From an uncultured Actinomycetes bacterium (GTDB taxonomy: Bacteria > Actinomycetota > UBA4738 > HRBIN12), in contig CAVPJX010000001.1 in assembly GCA_963705545.1 (NCBI GenBank), positions 1,157,246-1,221,245 of the forward strand: a stretch of 64,000 nucleotides of DNA. Reading direction: 5' to 3'. The position numbers and the translations under genes were made by a program. Below the pieces are notes generated by a model. The model was not told the DNA's origin and did no database searches. It was given only the letters and a program-made list of their open reading frames with translations. Shown here in pieces: positions 63,641-64,000 of this stretch (position 1 is the stretch's first letter; each line of letters opens with the position of its first letter).

Positions 63641-64000
63641 TCATGCGATCCTCACGAAGACGATGGTCAGGGCGATCACGCCCACGAACAGCGCCACGGC
63701 GTACCACTGGACGTTGCCGGTCTGGATGAACCGCAGCACGCCGCTGAACCCGCGGGTCACCTGGCCGGCACCGTTCACCGCGCCGTCGATGACCGTGCGG
63801 TCGAACCAGCTGATCGCGGCTGCGGCACGGCGCGTGACGTGCGCGGCGCCGTTCACGACGCCGTCCAGCACGTGCTGGTTGAACCAGTACACGCCGGCCG
63901 AGACCGTGTCCCGGATCGGGTAGACGATGCCCTTCAGGTAGACGTCGTCCAGGTAGTACTTGTTCACGAGGACCCGCGAGAACCCACCCATCTCCAGGGT
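63641..64000 (-). CDS. nuoL: NADH-quinone oxidoreductase subunit L (C-terminal part; gene continues beyond window end)
   Basis: The C-terminal region ...YYLDDVYLKGIVYPIRDTVSAGVYWFNQHVLDGVVNGAAH...WYAVALFVGVIALTIVFVRIA* ends at 63641. The frame is open to 64000. Confidence 0.85.
   Translation of the reverse strand, partial: TLEMGGFSRVLVNKYYLDDVYLKGIVYPIRDTVSAGVYWFNQHVLDGVVNGAAHVTRRAAAAISWFDRTVIDGAVNGAGQVTRGFSGVLRFIQTGNVQWYAVALFVGVIALTIVFVRIA

Overview
This 64-kb window is a very high-GC (~70%+) actinobacterial-type chromosomal core. Almost every gene is on the minus strand. It carries the ribosomal-protein 'superoperon' and its neighbours with Mycobacterium/Streptomyces-like synteny, in this order: partial nuoL-nuoM-nuoN; htpX; a convergent PLP-decarboxylase plus class-III aminotransferase pair and yajQ; a small block of lineage-specific genes (DUF192, a Cys-rich ORF, LapA-like, YcaQ-like, F420-type Ddn-like nitroreductase, and fragments of a DHFR-family and a PPC-domain gene); tRNA-Thr and tRNA-Met; tuf copy 2; rpmG; a LuxR-type orphan response regulator; hadA/hadB-like dehydratases; a coiled-coil protein; tRNA-Trp; secE-nusG; rplK-rplA; a large GT-C/YfhO-like membrane protein; rplJ-rplL; an XRE regulator plus a frameshifted rmlC remnant; rpoB-rpoC; a divergent inositol-monophosphatase-family gene; the str operon (rpsL-rpsG-fusA-tuf copy 1); the complete S10-spc-alpha operons (rpsJ through rplQ, including rpmJ, which I found by hand because it is below the ORF-track size cutoff); truA; rplM-rpsI; glmM, glmS, acpS, nnr and alr; and a partial alpha/beta hydrolase. 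I saw no CRISPR array, transposase, integrase or phage genes. I did not find an obvious discrete novel multi-gene system such as a defence island, so the findings below are separate, smaller observations. Several translation and transcription proteins carry unusual low-complexity extensions: a Lys/Ala/Thr-rich tail on L13, six perfect 27-bp tandem repeats on S3, an acidic tail on L10, a roughly 200-aa acidic N-terminal extension on NusG, a tail on S5, and a Cys4 variant of L24. There are two nucleotide-identical tuf copies about 24 kb apart. There are several apparent frame disruptions (rmlC, the decarboxylase, the htpX stop, and the PPC/DHFR junction). There is a small plus-strand cluster of uncharacterised genes (51.4-53.0 kb), and a roughly 440-bp lower-GC non-coding gap at 54.5-55.0 kb that could hold an unrecognised RNA or a gene remnant.
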